Origin: Tubiluchus corallicola
Taxonomy: Eukaryota; Animalia; Priapulida
Assembly (NCBI GenBank): GCA_030141605.1
Contig: JAQGDQ010001182.1
Span: 1-57,061, forward strand
DNA length: 57,061 bases
Direction: 5' to 3'
Both the position numbers and the translations under genes were made by a program. The notes under the pieces were generated by a model. The model saw only the letters and a list, made by a program, of their open reading frames with translations, was not told the DNA's origin and searched no databases. This document shows positions 1-11,500 of this stretch, piece by piece; position 1 is the first letter of the stretch, and each line of letters begins with the position of its first letter.

Positions 1-175
1 ATAATAATAAGAAATAACAAAACAAAACTTACAGTGATAAATAATAATAAGAAATAAGAAAACAAAACTTACGGTAATAAATAATAATAAGAAATAACAA
101 AACAAAACTTACAGTGATAAATAATAATAAGAAATAACAAAACAAAACTTACAATAATAAATAATAAGAAGAAAT
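1..175. repeat. 40-bp tandem repeat (ATAATAATAAGAAATAACAAAACAAAACTTACAGTGATAA), more than 4 copies, runs off the window
   Basis: Direct 40-nt periodicity; mirror at 56887-57061. Confidence 0.9.
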
Positions 176-1218
176 AAAGGAGATTACATTGAAAGTTAAA
201 ACAATTGCAACATTTCTGAAACTATACTAAACTGTGGTAGATGGCAGTTTTATTTAAAACAAAGAAAATACGATTAACCTTACAAATTCTAAGAGGATAT
301 TTTTGAAATTAATTTAAGCTCAATAGAATGCTGGCAGAACAAGATTAAAATAAAAAATTACAAAACATCATCCAATGAAGCATTCAAAGCAACTGCAGTT
401 GTTGTGAAAACAGAACAAAATAGAAGTTTTTGATTATTCTGTCAAGCGTGTGAATGTACACTGTATGAAAGGGTTGTTTAATTAAAACAAACGATATAAA
501 ATTATGGAATTTCGATACAGAAATTTTTGTACTACAATTAATTCTAACAATCAGTACAGCTAAAAACATAATATTTCGACACTTATAATGGAAATCGTCA
601 TCAGATGGTTGTTGAAATAGTATGTCCTTTCAATATACTGTATTTTCCATCTCGCTGTGCCATTTAGACACACTGTTTGCTAGACTTCTATTGAAACTTT
701 GTACAGTAAATTCTACATTGTTGCTTGTATTATCAGCTGCCATTTCACAGAAATAGCGAAACACTACGTAAAAGTAAAGGTAACACAAACAATACCTTGT
801 GACAGAAACAAATGAAAGCAGTGAAACAGTTAGCAAACTTTTTGAGAAAGAAATGTGTCCGGGAAGAGCACTCTCTTTTCTTTCCCACTTCCCACTTGCT
901 ATTATTTTACCATTATGTACTCTGAACTTACACAATGGAGCATTTACCTGTTTAACTACACCTGATTAGCTGTACTTTGTACCCGCTTTGTAAACGTTTA
1001 CATCAGAATGGCTCTACTTTCAGTGGCTTCACCTTGCAACTAGTCAGTTTTGCTTTTGAAGACCTTTTTTGTTTCTGTATAAGAGAATTCAATAGAGTCT
1101 ACCTCACTAGAGGATTTACACTTCTGGAATAAGTGGAAACAGTCTATTATGTTCTACTGGAAATGTTGATTATTTTGGTGACAGTTTCTAGCTATTGTGC
1201 ATAGCGTGTTTGACAGAA

Positions 1219-2166
1219 ATGTTTGACAATTTGGTTAATGCATCTATTGCATCTATGAAAAATGCCAGCAACACAGATGCTGGATTATTTTATGGTTTTA
1301 TAACGTTTCCACTTGGAATTGTGATTGTGATTGTCAACAGCATTGTCGTGGTCACCATTATAAAGTCGCCGCCGTTGCACACAACATTATATTACATTCT
1401 GTGTAACTTAGCCGTGTCTAATTTGTTAGTTGGTGTATGGCTTCTTACAGAGACAGTTATTTTTTACTTGATTGATATAACACCAGACCATTTGGTACTT
1501 TGTGCATGGCTCTACACGTTTACAAGTTGCTTTATTGGTGCCGCTTCCTATTTTTACGTTGTTGCAACAGTAGAGAGATACATTAGCATCGTTTATCCTC
1601 TTCGTTACCACATGCTGTTGACAGATAAAAGAGTGAAACTGGCTCTGGTGACATCTTGGTCATCCATGGTTATTGAAGTCATTTGTTTTGCTGTGATGTA
1701 CATTTATTCCGTTGAAAATATGTACCGTTGCATTCCATATCAAAGTGGATGGTTCACTGATATCGGATTTTATTTTGTTAGTATCATAACTCCAGTCGTC
1801 TTTCTCGGGTTTCTTTATTTTTACATCATGATTTTGAAAACAGCTTGGAGACAAATTCGGGAGATACAAAGTGGCATTTCTACTTTCCACAATGAATTAA
1901 AGCATGTGTCGGAGTTCCATGCAAAATTTAAACTTGTCAAAACCCTCGGTATAGCTGTGTGTTTGTTTTACTTTTGTTATGTACCATACATACTCTGTTC
2001 TGTTATAATATTTAAGTATGGCACTACTTCATTTATTAACGAGAATAATGCTTTCTGGTTTATGCTGCCTGCATATTTCAATTCCTTTGCAAATGTATTT
2101 GTTTATGTAACAAGAATGAAGGATTTTAGAAACTGTGTGAAGAAGCTGTTCTGTACTGGTCAATGA
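1219..2166 (+). CDS. Intronless rhodopsin-like (class A) GPCR, orphan, resembling the adenosine/melanocortin/amine group
   Basis: Seven hydrophobic segments; NLAVSNL (TM2), ERYISIVYPLRY (TM3/ICL2), FCYVPY (TM6), NSFANVFVY (TM7), DFRNCVKKLFC (helix 8); N-terminal NAS glycosylation sequons. First ATG at 1219 (the ORF track starts at TTG 1195). Confidence 0.9.
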   Translation: MFDNLVNASIASMKNASNTDAGLFYGFITFPLGIVIVIVNSIVVVTIIKSPPLHTTLYYILCNLAVSNLLVGVWLLTETVIFYLIDITPDHLVLCAWLYTFTSCFIGAASYFYVVATVERYISIVYPLRYHMLLTDKRVKLALVTSWSSMVIEVICFAVMYIYSVENMYRCIPYQSGWFTDIGFYFVSIITPVVFLGFLYFYIMILKTAWRQIREIQSGISTFHNELKHVSEFHAKFKLVKTLGIAVCLFYFCYVPYILCSVIIFKYGTTSFINENNAFWFMLPAYFNSFANVFVYVTRMKDFRNCVKKLFCTGQ

Positions 2167-4299
2167 TTCTTACTGAAAATTTTATTTGAATAGTGTAGTT
2201 AACACTGCGTAATTGTGTTCTGTTGTATATCGCAAAGTGTATGATTTTCAAAAAATGTTTTTTGTGACTAATATGTTTTTGTGTAAGTATTAAATTTTGA
2301 TAATTATTCTGTGAACTGAATGAGGTTCCGGATTTGGGGATCTGCCGTGTGCATATCATCAAAACATGTTACTCACCCACAGATTTAGATGAAGGTCCTA
2401 GAAAGATTGCTAGAACAATATTTCGAACGTGTAACGTTCAAGGGCGCCATGCTCTTGGGCTACAACTGTTGGCAAGTTGCCAACATGTATTTTCAATGGC
2501 TTTTTGCGAGTATTTACATCTATATTTTTACCGCTAAAAGAAACCTAAAATAGGTTTTTTGTTTTTTCTGATAGCAGTAATAGAGGCTTTCCAGTTGCCG
2601 TCAAAAATATAAGTAAATCTAATAATTTCACCCGGACATTATTTGTAATACGATAGCCATTGTTACATGAAAATTTACATGTCACCTTCTGCTGTACACT
2701 TCTACAGTATGTATCTACATGGCAGCATGCCAGGCCAACAGCCAGATCAAACCACAAACTATGATTTCTTTACCAAGACGTTGGTAATTCAAAGATTGTT
2801 TGTTAACATTTAAAAACCTATCAGTTTAACAATAACACGAAAAGGATGCTATAGGTTATGTTATTCCCCTAATCCGCACGTTGTATTAACAGAACTCATA
2901 GCGGTATCTAGGCTGACGTAGCTGAATCATTGATAAATTAAAGCATTCAATTAAGAGAAGTTTGGCAGACAAAAACTCAGTCAAAGGTCTAGTCATTGTG
3001 CCGTGATCATTAACTATAATGATAATGATTTTTATTAAATTTTAAAAAGTAGACGGGTGAGGTAAATAAAGAGTTTATATACTGTACCTGTTTAACACTA
3101 AGTAAAATTTAGATGAAAAAATAATACGGCTTTGACGTGTGGTGGCTATGTACCCGTAAACTTTTCCTGAAGTTAGTGCTACTGTAATTCGCACTATTAC
3201 AGTTACAAGTGTAGCCTATGCATGGCTAATTATTTTAATAATGATAGAAGTTTCTTAAATATTTTGAAAGCCTTTTATGAATAAAAGATTATCGACAAGA
3301 ATACTGTATACCGTTTCATTTTCAATAATGTGTAGGATGCTGCTACTTGTTAAAAGACCTTGTTGATGCTGTTTTGTCCGATTTGAACATTTACAGATTA
3401 CGTAGAGGTTGCCACTGTTTTGCTATTTGCACACAAATTCACTACACGGAGTATACGTAACGAAAATTATTGCAAAAACTTCACACGCAGTCATAATAAC
3501 CAAGTAGCAGAAAGCAGTAGCTTGCCCAACAACATGGCGCCCATTGTTACGTCACTTTTCGCGCGAGCCTCGCATTCTCTCACTCTGAGGACCAAAGACG
3601 GGCAGTTATCACTTTCTCGTTTATTCGCAACTGTACATATCTGCACCCGCAAAATCCGCGGATTGACTGAAAACTGAATATGCACTTCTCCGCATTGTCC
3701 GCAAAAGTGTGGGCAACAACTATCATCGCTATGTGTGCCCTATAACCGTTTTCTGTATCAAGGTAGGAGTTATAATAGCGAATCGATAACATATATTACT
3801 AGCTAGACCCTAATTGTGCTTGTAAGCCCTGAACGATAACTCACACCACACTATGTACATAGTACATCACTCAACCATATCATGACATATCAACCCTTAG
3901 TCTCGAGTAAAAAATTATAATAATTGTGAGCAATGTTTTGCATCTATGAATTTACAAGTAAAATATTGGAAAGTAGCAAAAAAATCTAGAGGTAATGAGA
4001 ACACTTAAAGTAGTGATGAAAGGCGTATATTGTGGCAAGAAACCGTTTAATGCACAAGCGAATTTCTGACGAACTGAAATTGGGTAAAATTTTTGTGCAA
4101 ACACGTGAAAATTTACCTTACGTAAGTAGCTTTTGCTGCTGCAATTTCACTTACAATTCGCAATTTTAGGCGTTCAAAATCCGCATTCCGCACATTTGCA
4201 AATGCGCATAATTAATGCGGATTCTGCAACCGCTTGACAGCAAATCTGCTAGACGCTCATCTCTGCTGAGGACCACCATCTAATCTATGTACTCTCCTT

Positions 4300-5376
4300 A
4301 TTCTTGAATTGAATATTGAACATCACTGTCGACATCTAGTGTTGGCTGCTAGAACTAGATAACCACTATTACAGTAGTTCTTGGACTGAATATTGAACAT
4401 CACTGTCGACATCTAGTGTTGGCTGCAAGAGTTAGATAACCACTATTGCAGTAGTTCTTGAACTGAATATTGAACATCGCTGTCGACATCTAATGTTGGC
4501 TGCTAGAACTAGATAAGCACTATTGCAGTAGTTCTTCCACTGAATATTGAACATCACTGTCGACATCTAATGTTGGCTGCAAGAACTAGATAACCACTAT
4601 TGCAGTAGTTCTTGGTTTGAATATTGAACGTCACTGTCGACATCTAGTGTTGGCTGCAAGAACTAGATAACCACTATTGCAGTAGTTCTTCCACTGAATA
4701 TTGAACATCACTGTCGACATCTAATGTTGGCTGCAAGAACTAGATAACCACTATTGCAGTAGTTCTTAGTTTGAATATTGAATGTCACTGTTGACATCTA
4801 GTGTTGGCTGCAAGAACTAGATAACCACTATTGCAGTAGTTCTTGGACTGAATATTGAACATCACTGTCGACATCTAGTGTTGGCTGCAAGAACTAGATA
4901 ACCACTATTGCAGTAGTTCTTGGACTGAATATTGAACGTCACTGTCGACATCTAGTGTTGGCTGCAAGAACTAGATAACCACTATTGCAGTAGTTCTTGA
5001 ACTGAATATTGAACATCACTGTCGACATCTAGTGTTGGCTACAAGAACTACATAACCACTATTGCAGTAGTTCTTGGACTGAATATTGAACGTCACTGTC
5101 GACATCTAGTGTTGGCTGCAAGAACTAGATAACCACTATTGCAGTAGTTCTTGAACTGAATATTGAACATCACTGTCGACATCTAGTGTTGGCTACAAGA
5201 ACTACATAACCACTATTGCAGTAGTTCTTGGACTGAATATTGAACGTCACTGTCGACATCTAGTGTTGGCTGCAAGAACTAGATAACCACTATTGCAGTA
5301 GTTCTTGGACTGAATAGTGAACGTCACTGTCGACATCTAGTGTTGGCTGCAAGAACTAGATAACCACTATTGCAGT
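4300..5376. repeat. 77-bp minisatellite, ~14 copies
   Basis: Unit GAATATTGAACATCACTGTCGACATCTAGTGTTGGCTGCAAGAACTAGATAACCACTATTGCAGTAGTTCTTGGACT; mirror ~51686-52762. Confidence 0.95.
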
Positions 5377-5558
5377 AAGAGAAAATATTCCACATCCAAC
5401 ATATTCTGTTAATACTTTAAACTGAACACTGTTTTTGTTTGTTTGTTTTTTCTTGCTCTGCTTACTGATTGGTATATGTTAGTTGTTAGATTCCTAAGAT
5501 TTTAATATCTGTTTCTTTATCAACATGAATATTTATGTGCAACTACTGTTTGTTACAG

Positions 5559-8500
5559 TACATAGATGAATTTGTCCAGTCTGAGCAGTTATCTCGACGT
5601 TTGTGTCACTTCTGTGTGAAGAAATTAGTACAGCTAGCTAATGAAGCCCCTTGTCCATCACCGAAGATACAGAGTCCTCTGGTGACAGGAAATGCAAATG
5701 GGTAATTTAATTTTTTTTTCAATTGAATTTCTATATGTTTTTTAAATTATTACTTACAGGATAATAATGAAAATTTCACCAGCTTGAAAAGGTTTTTATC
5801 TATTATTTGTCATCATAAAAGGTTTATGTGATGTCTAAAATTATTCCTGAATGAAATTTTTTGTTTAAAGTGTTTCAGGAGGACCGGAATCGCTCTCTGT
5901 TGCTGCTGGAGGTCTTTGGTCTGAATATAACTGTTGTTCGTATCATCGGAGTCTTGTGTTGGGACTCGGCTGCATTGTTCAATGTATCACTCTTTGTTGT
6001 ACGTCGGCTCTCATCTGGCACAACCTAGGTAATGTATCGTCTAGCAGAAACACAAACCACAAAACACAATGTATCGTCTAGCAGAACCTGGGTAACGTGT
6101 CATTTAGCAGAACCTAGGTAACATGTCATCTAGCAGAACCTAGGTAACGCATCATCTAGCAGAAACTAGGCAATGTATCATCTAGCAGAACCTGGGTAAC
6201 GTGTCATTTTATCAGAACCTGGGTAACATGTCATCTAGCAGAAGCTAGGTAACATGTCATCTAGCAGAACCTGGGTAACATGTCATCTAGCAGAACCTAG
6301 GTAACATGTCATCTAGCAGAACCTAGGTAACGTATCATCTAGCAGAACCTAGGTAACGTATCATCTAGCAGAACCTAGGTAACATGTCATCTAGCAGAAC
6401 CTGGTAACGTATCATCTAGCAGAACCTAGGTAACATGTCATCTAGCAGAACCTAGGTAACATGTCATCTAGCAGAACCTAGGTAACGTATCATCTAGCAG
6501 AACCTAGGTAACATGTCATCTAGCAGAACCTGGTAACATGTCATCTAGCAGAACCTAGGTAACATGTCATCTAGCAGAACCTGGGTAACGTGTCATTTAG
6601 CAGAACCTAGGTAACGTATCATCTAGCAGAACCAACACACAAACCATTCATCTAGCAGAACCTAGGTAACATGTCATCTAGCAGAACCTAGGTAACGTAT
6701 CATCTAGCAGAACCTAGGTAACGTATCATCTAGCAGAACCTAGGTAACATGTCATCTAGCAGAACCTGGGTAACGTGTCATTTAGCAGAACCTAGGTAAC
6801 GTATCATCTAGCAGAACCTAGGTAACATGTCATCTAGCAGAAGCTAGGTAACGTATCATCTAGCAGAACCTGGGTAACGTATCATCTAGCAGAACCTAGG
6901 TAACATGTCATCTAGCAGAACCTGGGTAATGCATCATCTAGCAGAACCTAGGTAACGCATCATCTAGCAGAACCTAGGTAACGCATCATCTAGCAGAAGC
7001 TAGGTAACGCATCATCTAGCAGAACCTAGGTAACGTGTCATCTAGCAGAAGCTAGGTAATGTATCATCTGGCAGAACCTAGGTTATGTATGATCTGGCAG
7101 AACTTAGCTAATGTATCTCGGTTGATTCTTTGCAAACAGAAAATTTGGTGTAAGAATAGTTTCAAGATGATTTGACAATTTCACCTCTGCTAAGGTTTTG
7201 AAAATTTAAAAAATATGTTTGTGCAACATCATCATTGGAAAAAATGATGTTACTCTGTGGTGGTGTTGGTGAAACAAGTGATGTCAAGATGTGGTGGTGA
7301 TGGTGAAACAAGTGATGTCACGATATGGTGGTGTTGGTGAACCAAGTGATGTCATGATGGTGTGGTGTTGATGAAACTAGTGATGTCACGATGTGGTGAT
7401 GTTGGTGAACCAAGTGATGTCACGATGTGGTGGTATTGGTGAAACAAGTGATGTCACGATGTGGTGATGTTGGTGAACCAAGTGATGTCACGATGTGGTG
7501 GTATTGGTGAAACAAGTGATGTCACGATGTGGTGATGTTGGTGAACCAAGTGATATCACGATGTGGTGGTGTTGGTGAAACAAGTGATGTCACGATGTGG
7601 TGATGTTAGTGAAACATGTGATGTCACGATGTGGTGGTGTTGGTGAAACAAGTGATGTCACGATGTGGTGGTATTGTTGATGAAACAAGTGATGTCACGA
7701 TATGGTGGTGTAGGGGAATCAAGTGATGTCACGATGTGGTGGTGTTAGTGAAACATGTGATGTCACGATGTGGTGGTGTTGGTGAAACAAGTGATGTCAC
7801 GATGTGGTGGTATTGTTGATGAAACAAGTGATGTCACGATGTGGTGGTGTAGGGGAATCAAGTGATGTCACGATGTGGTGGTGTTAGTGAAACAAGTGAT
7901 GTCACGATATGGTGGTGTAGGTGAATCAAGTGATGTCACGATGTGGTGGTACTGTTCATGAAACAAGTGATGTCACACTGTGGTGGTGTAGGTGAATCAA
8001 GTGATGTCACAATATAGTGATGTTAGTGGAAATAATTTCTGCTATCTGTATGAAATGATACTTTGCTAACTACTGTAATTTTTTTGGCTAATAGGTGAAG
8101 GTCGTACGAGCATCGTATACAGTGGTTCACCGTTAGATATGTTACCTTGTGCCCCCTCTAACTTACCAATGCCACCTATTGGAAATATATTGGAGGTAAG
8201 TCATTTTTAACGTAACAAAATAATCGAATGCCGCTGTAGTACATGCACTTTTACAGCTTATGAAGTATTATCTGAGGATGAAACCTATTTAGTGCCTTTG
8301 CATGTATAGTGTACATACTTTTCTTAATAAATCCATCTGGTGCGAAATTAAATGGATTTATTAAGCGGCCGGATGTATTTTCCCTGGATATGTTAAGTGG
8401 ATTCATCAGCGTATAAAATCTGTTTTTGATATTTTGAGGAAAGGTACCTGCTTATACAGGTACTTGTACTTCCTGATATTAAAAAATAGTATAAAATTCT

Positions 8501-11500
8501 TGTTAAATTAAATGTTGTATTCTAACTTTTTCTGTTTAGGTAAAAGCTCAAATGCAAATGAGCGAGAATGAGATTAGGCAGAGAAGCATAGCGTGTGAGA
8601 TGCGATGGTCGACCGATAAATGTCAGCAATCAGCTCAAGGTGCGTTTATATATACCTGTATGTTTAGCAGTGGCGTAGCAGGTGCTTGCTGTGGCATGGG
8701 GGGGTGGTAACGTCTGGCGCCCCTGCCTTGCTACTCCTCCTAATGTTTAGACAATTCCCACTTCGTGCAATTCAAAAATCTGTTGACTTTCAAATTTAAC
8801 TAATAATAATAATAATAATAATTTATTTTTTGCCTTCAAAATAACAATCATAGATAGTATATAACAACGATTTACAAAGATTAAAGAAGGGCGGGATGGC
8901 GAAAGAGCAAAAGGTCATCTAGTCTGCCATCCCTAAATTGTGAGTCTACTAATTTCAGCATGGCGAGCAAATATTGTTAGAACAAAATAAAGATTTGAAT
9001 AGAAAAACAGATCAAAATTAAATTAATAGCAAACAATTATGGTAAATAAAATTATGCAAAACAAAGTGAAAACAAAGTTAGTAAAGCAGAGATCTTTGGG
9101 CAAAACTAACTAATTAAAACCAAATAGCTGACAAATTAATTTGACTATGCAATAATGACACTAAAAGAAGCAAAGTTGCATGTACCTGTAAGGCCATACT
9201 GGTTTTAAACTAAATTAATAGCAAATAACTGTATATTATTACTGCTATTTTAATATGATTATCGACCGAAAATGACTAAAAAATTTAATAATATGACCAT
9301 TTTATCTATTATATTAATACTTTTCGAACCTGGTTATATTTTTTAAGTTTAAATGTTTAATTTTAGTAGAGATGTGTTGAATCCGGTTCCGCGTCACGAG
9401 ATCCGGTAATTTTAATGGATCCAGATCTTATTCGAATCCGGCGATATAAATGTTCGTCGGGTTTTGCACTGTTCGTATTTTTATTTTTGTATGCGTAAAA
9501 CTTCTGATTGTATCTTGTATCGTGTATCGTGATAAACAATTTCACATTTGACTGCCATATGGACCTTGTTGACGGCTTGTAAAAATTCTGTTCAAAGTTT
9601 AGTTTAGTGGCAGTTTGAGAGGGTTTTTATTTCCATTTTTCACATTTAGTTAGCGTGCATTAAAACACATCATCTTTTTTAATTTATTATAGTGGAACTT
9701 TTTTCATTTATTTCCATTTTTCACATTTAGTTAGCGTGCATTAAACACATCATCTCTTTTAATTTATTATAGTGGATTTTTTTTCATTTTTGTTTTTGAT
9801 CTTACAAGAATATTTCTACCATTGTTACATATTACAGTATTACAGGAAATATATTATTTTCAAAACAAGCTTTAGTATTGTGCTGTACATTTAAGAATCA
9901 TTGTCATTTATTTTGTATATTCTATAGGCCACATAATGCAGCGTATTTTGGATGTACTGGAGGCTTTAGACCGGCACTGTTTTGACCGCAGTGATGCTAA
10001 TAACAGTCTGGATACGTTGTACTCTAAAATTTTTCTTCCAGTAAATGGCGAAACCAATAATGAGGTAACTGATTATAAGTGATGATATAAATGCTTAAGC
10101 TTGTGACATTTCATAGAATTCACTTACGGGAAAATCTTATTCCAGGATATCCCAGTATGTAATAGTTTGTCAAAAATAAAGACAGAATATTCTATGATAT
10201 TTCTGCTTCCGGAAATGAATGCCAGGCACATTTTGCGGAATGTTCCAGAAACACTACTTTTTCTGGGCGTACATGTCTTTTTAGGACGTTTTTCTGGGTC
10301 TACATGTTTTTAGGACGTTTTTCTGGGTCTGCATGTCGTTTTAGGACTTTCCAGGCCATGACATTAACATTAAACATTAATGCACAATGACAGCACGTAT
10401 GTTTAGGTAATTTGTCTTAGTCTAACTTTAAACACTTTGTTTAAAAAACTGATTGATTTTTTGGTCTTTTGATTCAAAATTAGGTATGGAAATCAATTTT
10501 TAGTGAATAACAATTATTTCATATGTCTGTTTATATTAAAATTATTTTGGAGGAACTTTCAGAGATCAATGTATAAACGGGGGTTTAGTAATAATGAGTT
10601 TCCTAGCAACCATGCATGATTACTAAAGTTTTATTATCACCTTGTATAAATTTGGGTTTAGTAATAATGAGTTTCCTAGCAACCATACATGATTACTAAA
10701 GTTTTATTATCACCTTGTATAAACGGGGGTTTAGTAATAATGAGTTTCCTAGCAACCATACATGATTACTAAAGTTTTATTATCACCTTGTATAAGTGGG
10801 TGTTTAGTAATAATGAGTTTCCTAGCAACCATACATGATTACTAAAGTTTTATTATCACCTTGTATAAGTGGGTGTTTAGTAATAATGAGTTTCCTAGCA
10901 ACCATACATGATTACTAAAGTTTTATTATCACCTTGTATAAACGCGGGTTTAGTAATAATGAGTTTCCTAGCAACCATACATGATTACTAAAGTTTTATT
11001 ATCACCTTGTATAAACGGGGGTTTAGTAATAATGAGTTTCCTAGCAACCATACATGATTACTAAAGTTTTATTATCACCTTGTATAAGTGGGTGTTTAGT
11101 AATAATGAGTTTCCTAGCAACCATACATGATTACTAAAGTTTTATTATCACCTTGTATAAACGGGGGTTTAGTAATAATGAGTTTCCTAGCAACCATACA
11201 TGAATACTAAAGTTTTATTATCACCTTGTATAAGTGGGGGTTTAGCAATAATGAGTTTCCTAGCAACCATACATGATTACTAAAGTTTTATTATCACCTT
11301 GTATAAAAGGGGGTTTAGTAATAATGAGTTTCCTAGCAGCCATACATGATTACTAAAGTTTTATTATCACCTTGTATAAAAGGGGGTTTAGTAATAATGA
11401 GTTTCCTAGTAACCATACATGATTACTAAAGTTTTATTATCACCTTGTATAAACGCGGGTTTAGTAATAATGAGTTTCCTAGCAACCGTACATGATTACT

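Noticed and set aside
1-175. Telomeric or viral terminal repeats (linear element with inverted termini)
   Set aside because: This is a 40-bp AT-rich minisatellite; the matching ends simply reflect the window being centred on the palindrome, and no viral or transposase genes are present.
630-935. 101-aa ORF (mirror 56127-56432)
   Set aside because: No recognisable motif, non-ATG start, and its duplication is explained by the palindrome.
3404-4233. Defined DNA transposon
   Set aside because: Only weak ~10-bp terminal similarity and no TSD found; left unannotated.
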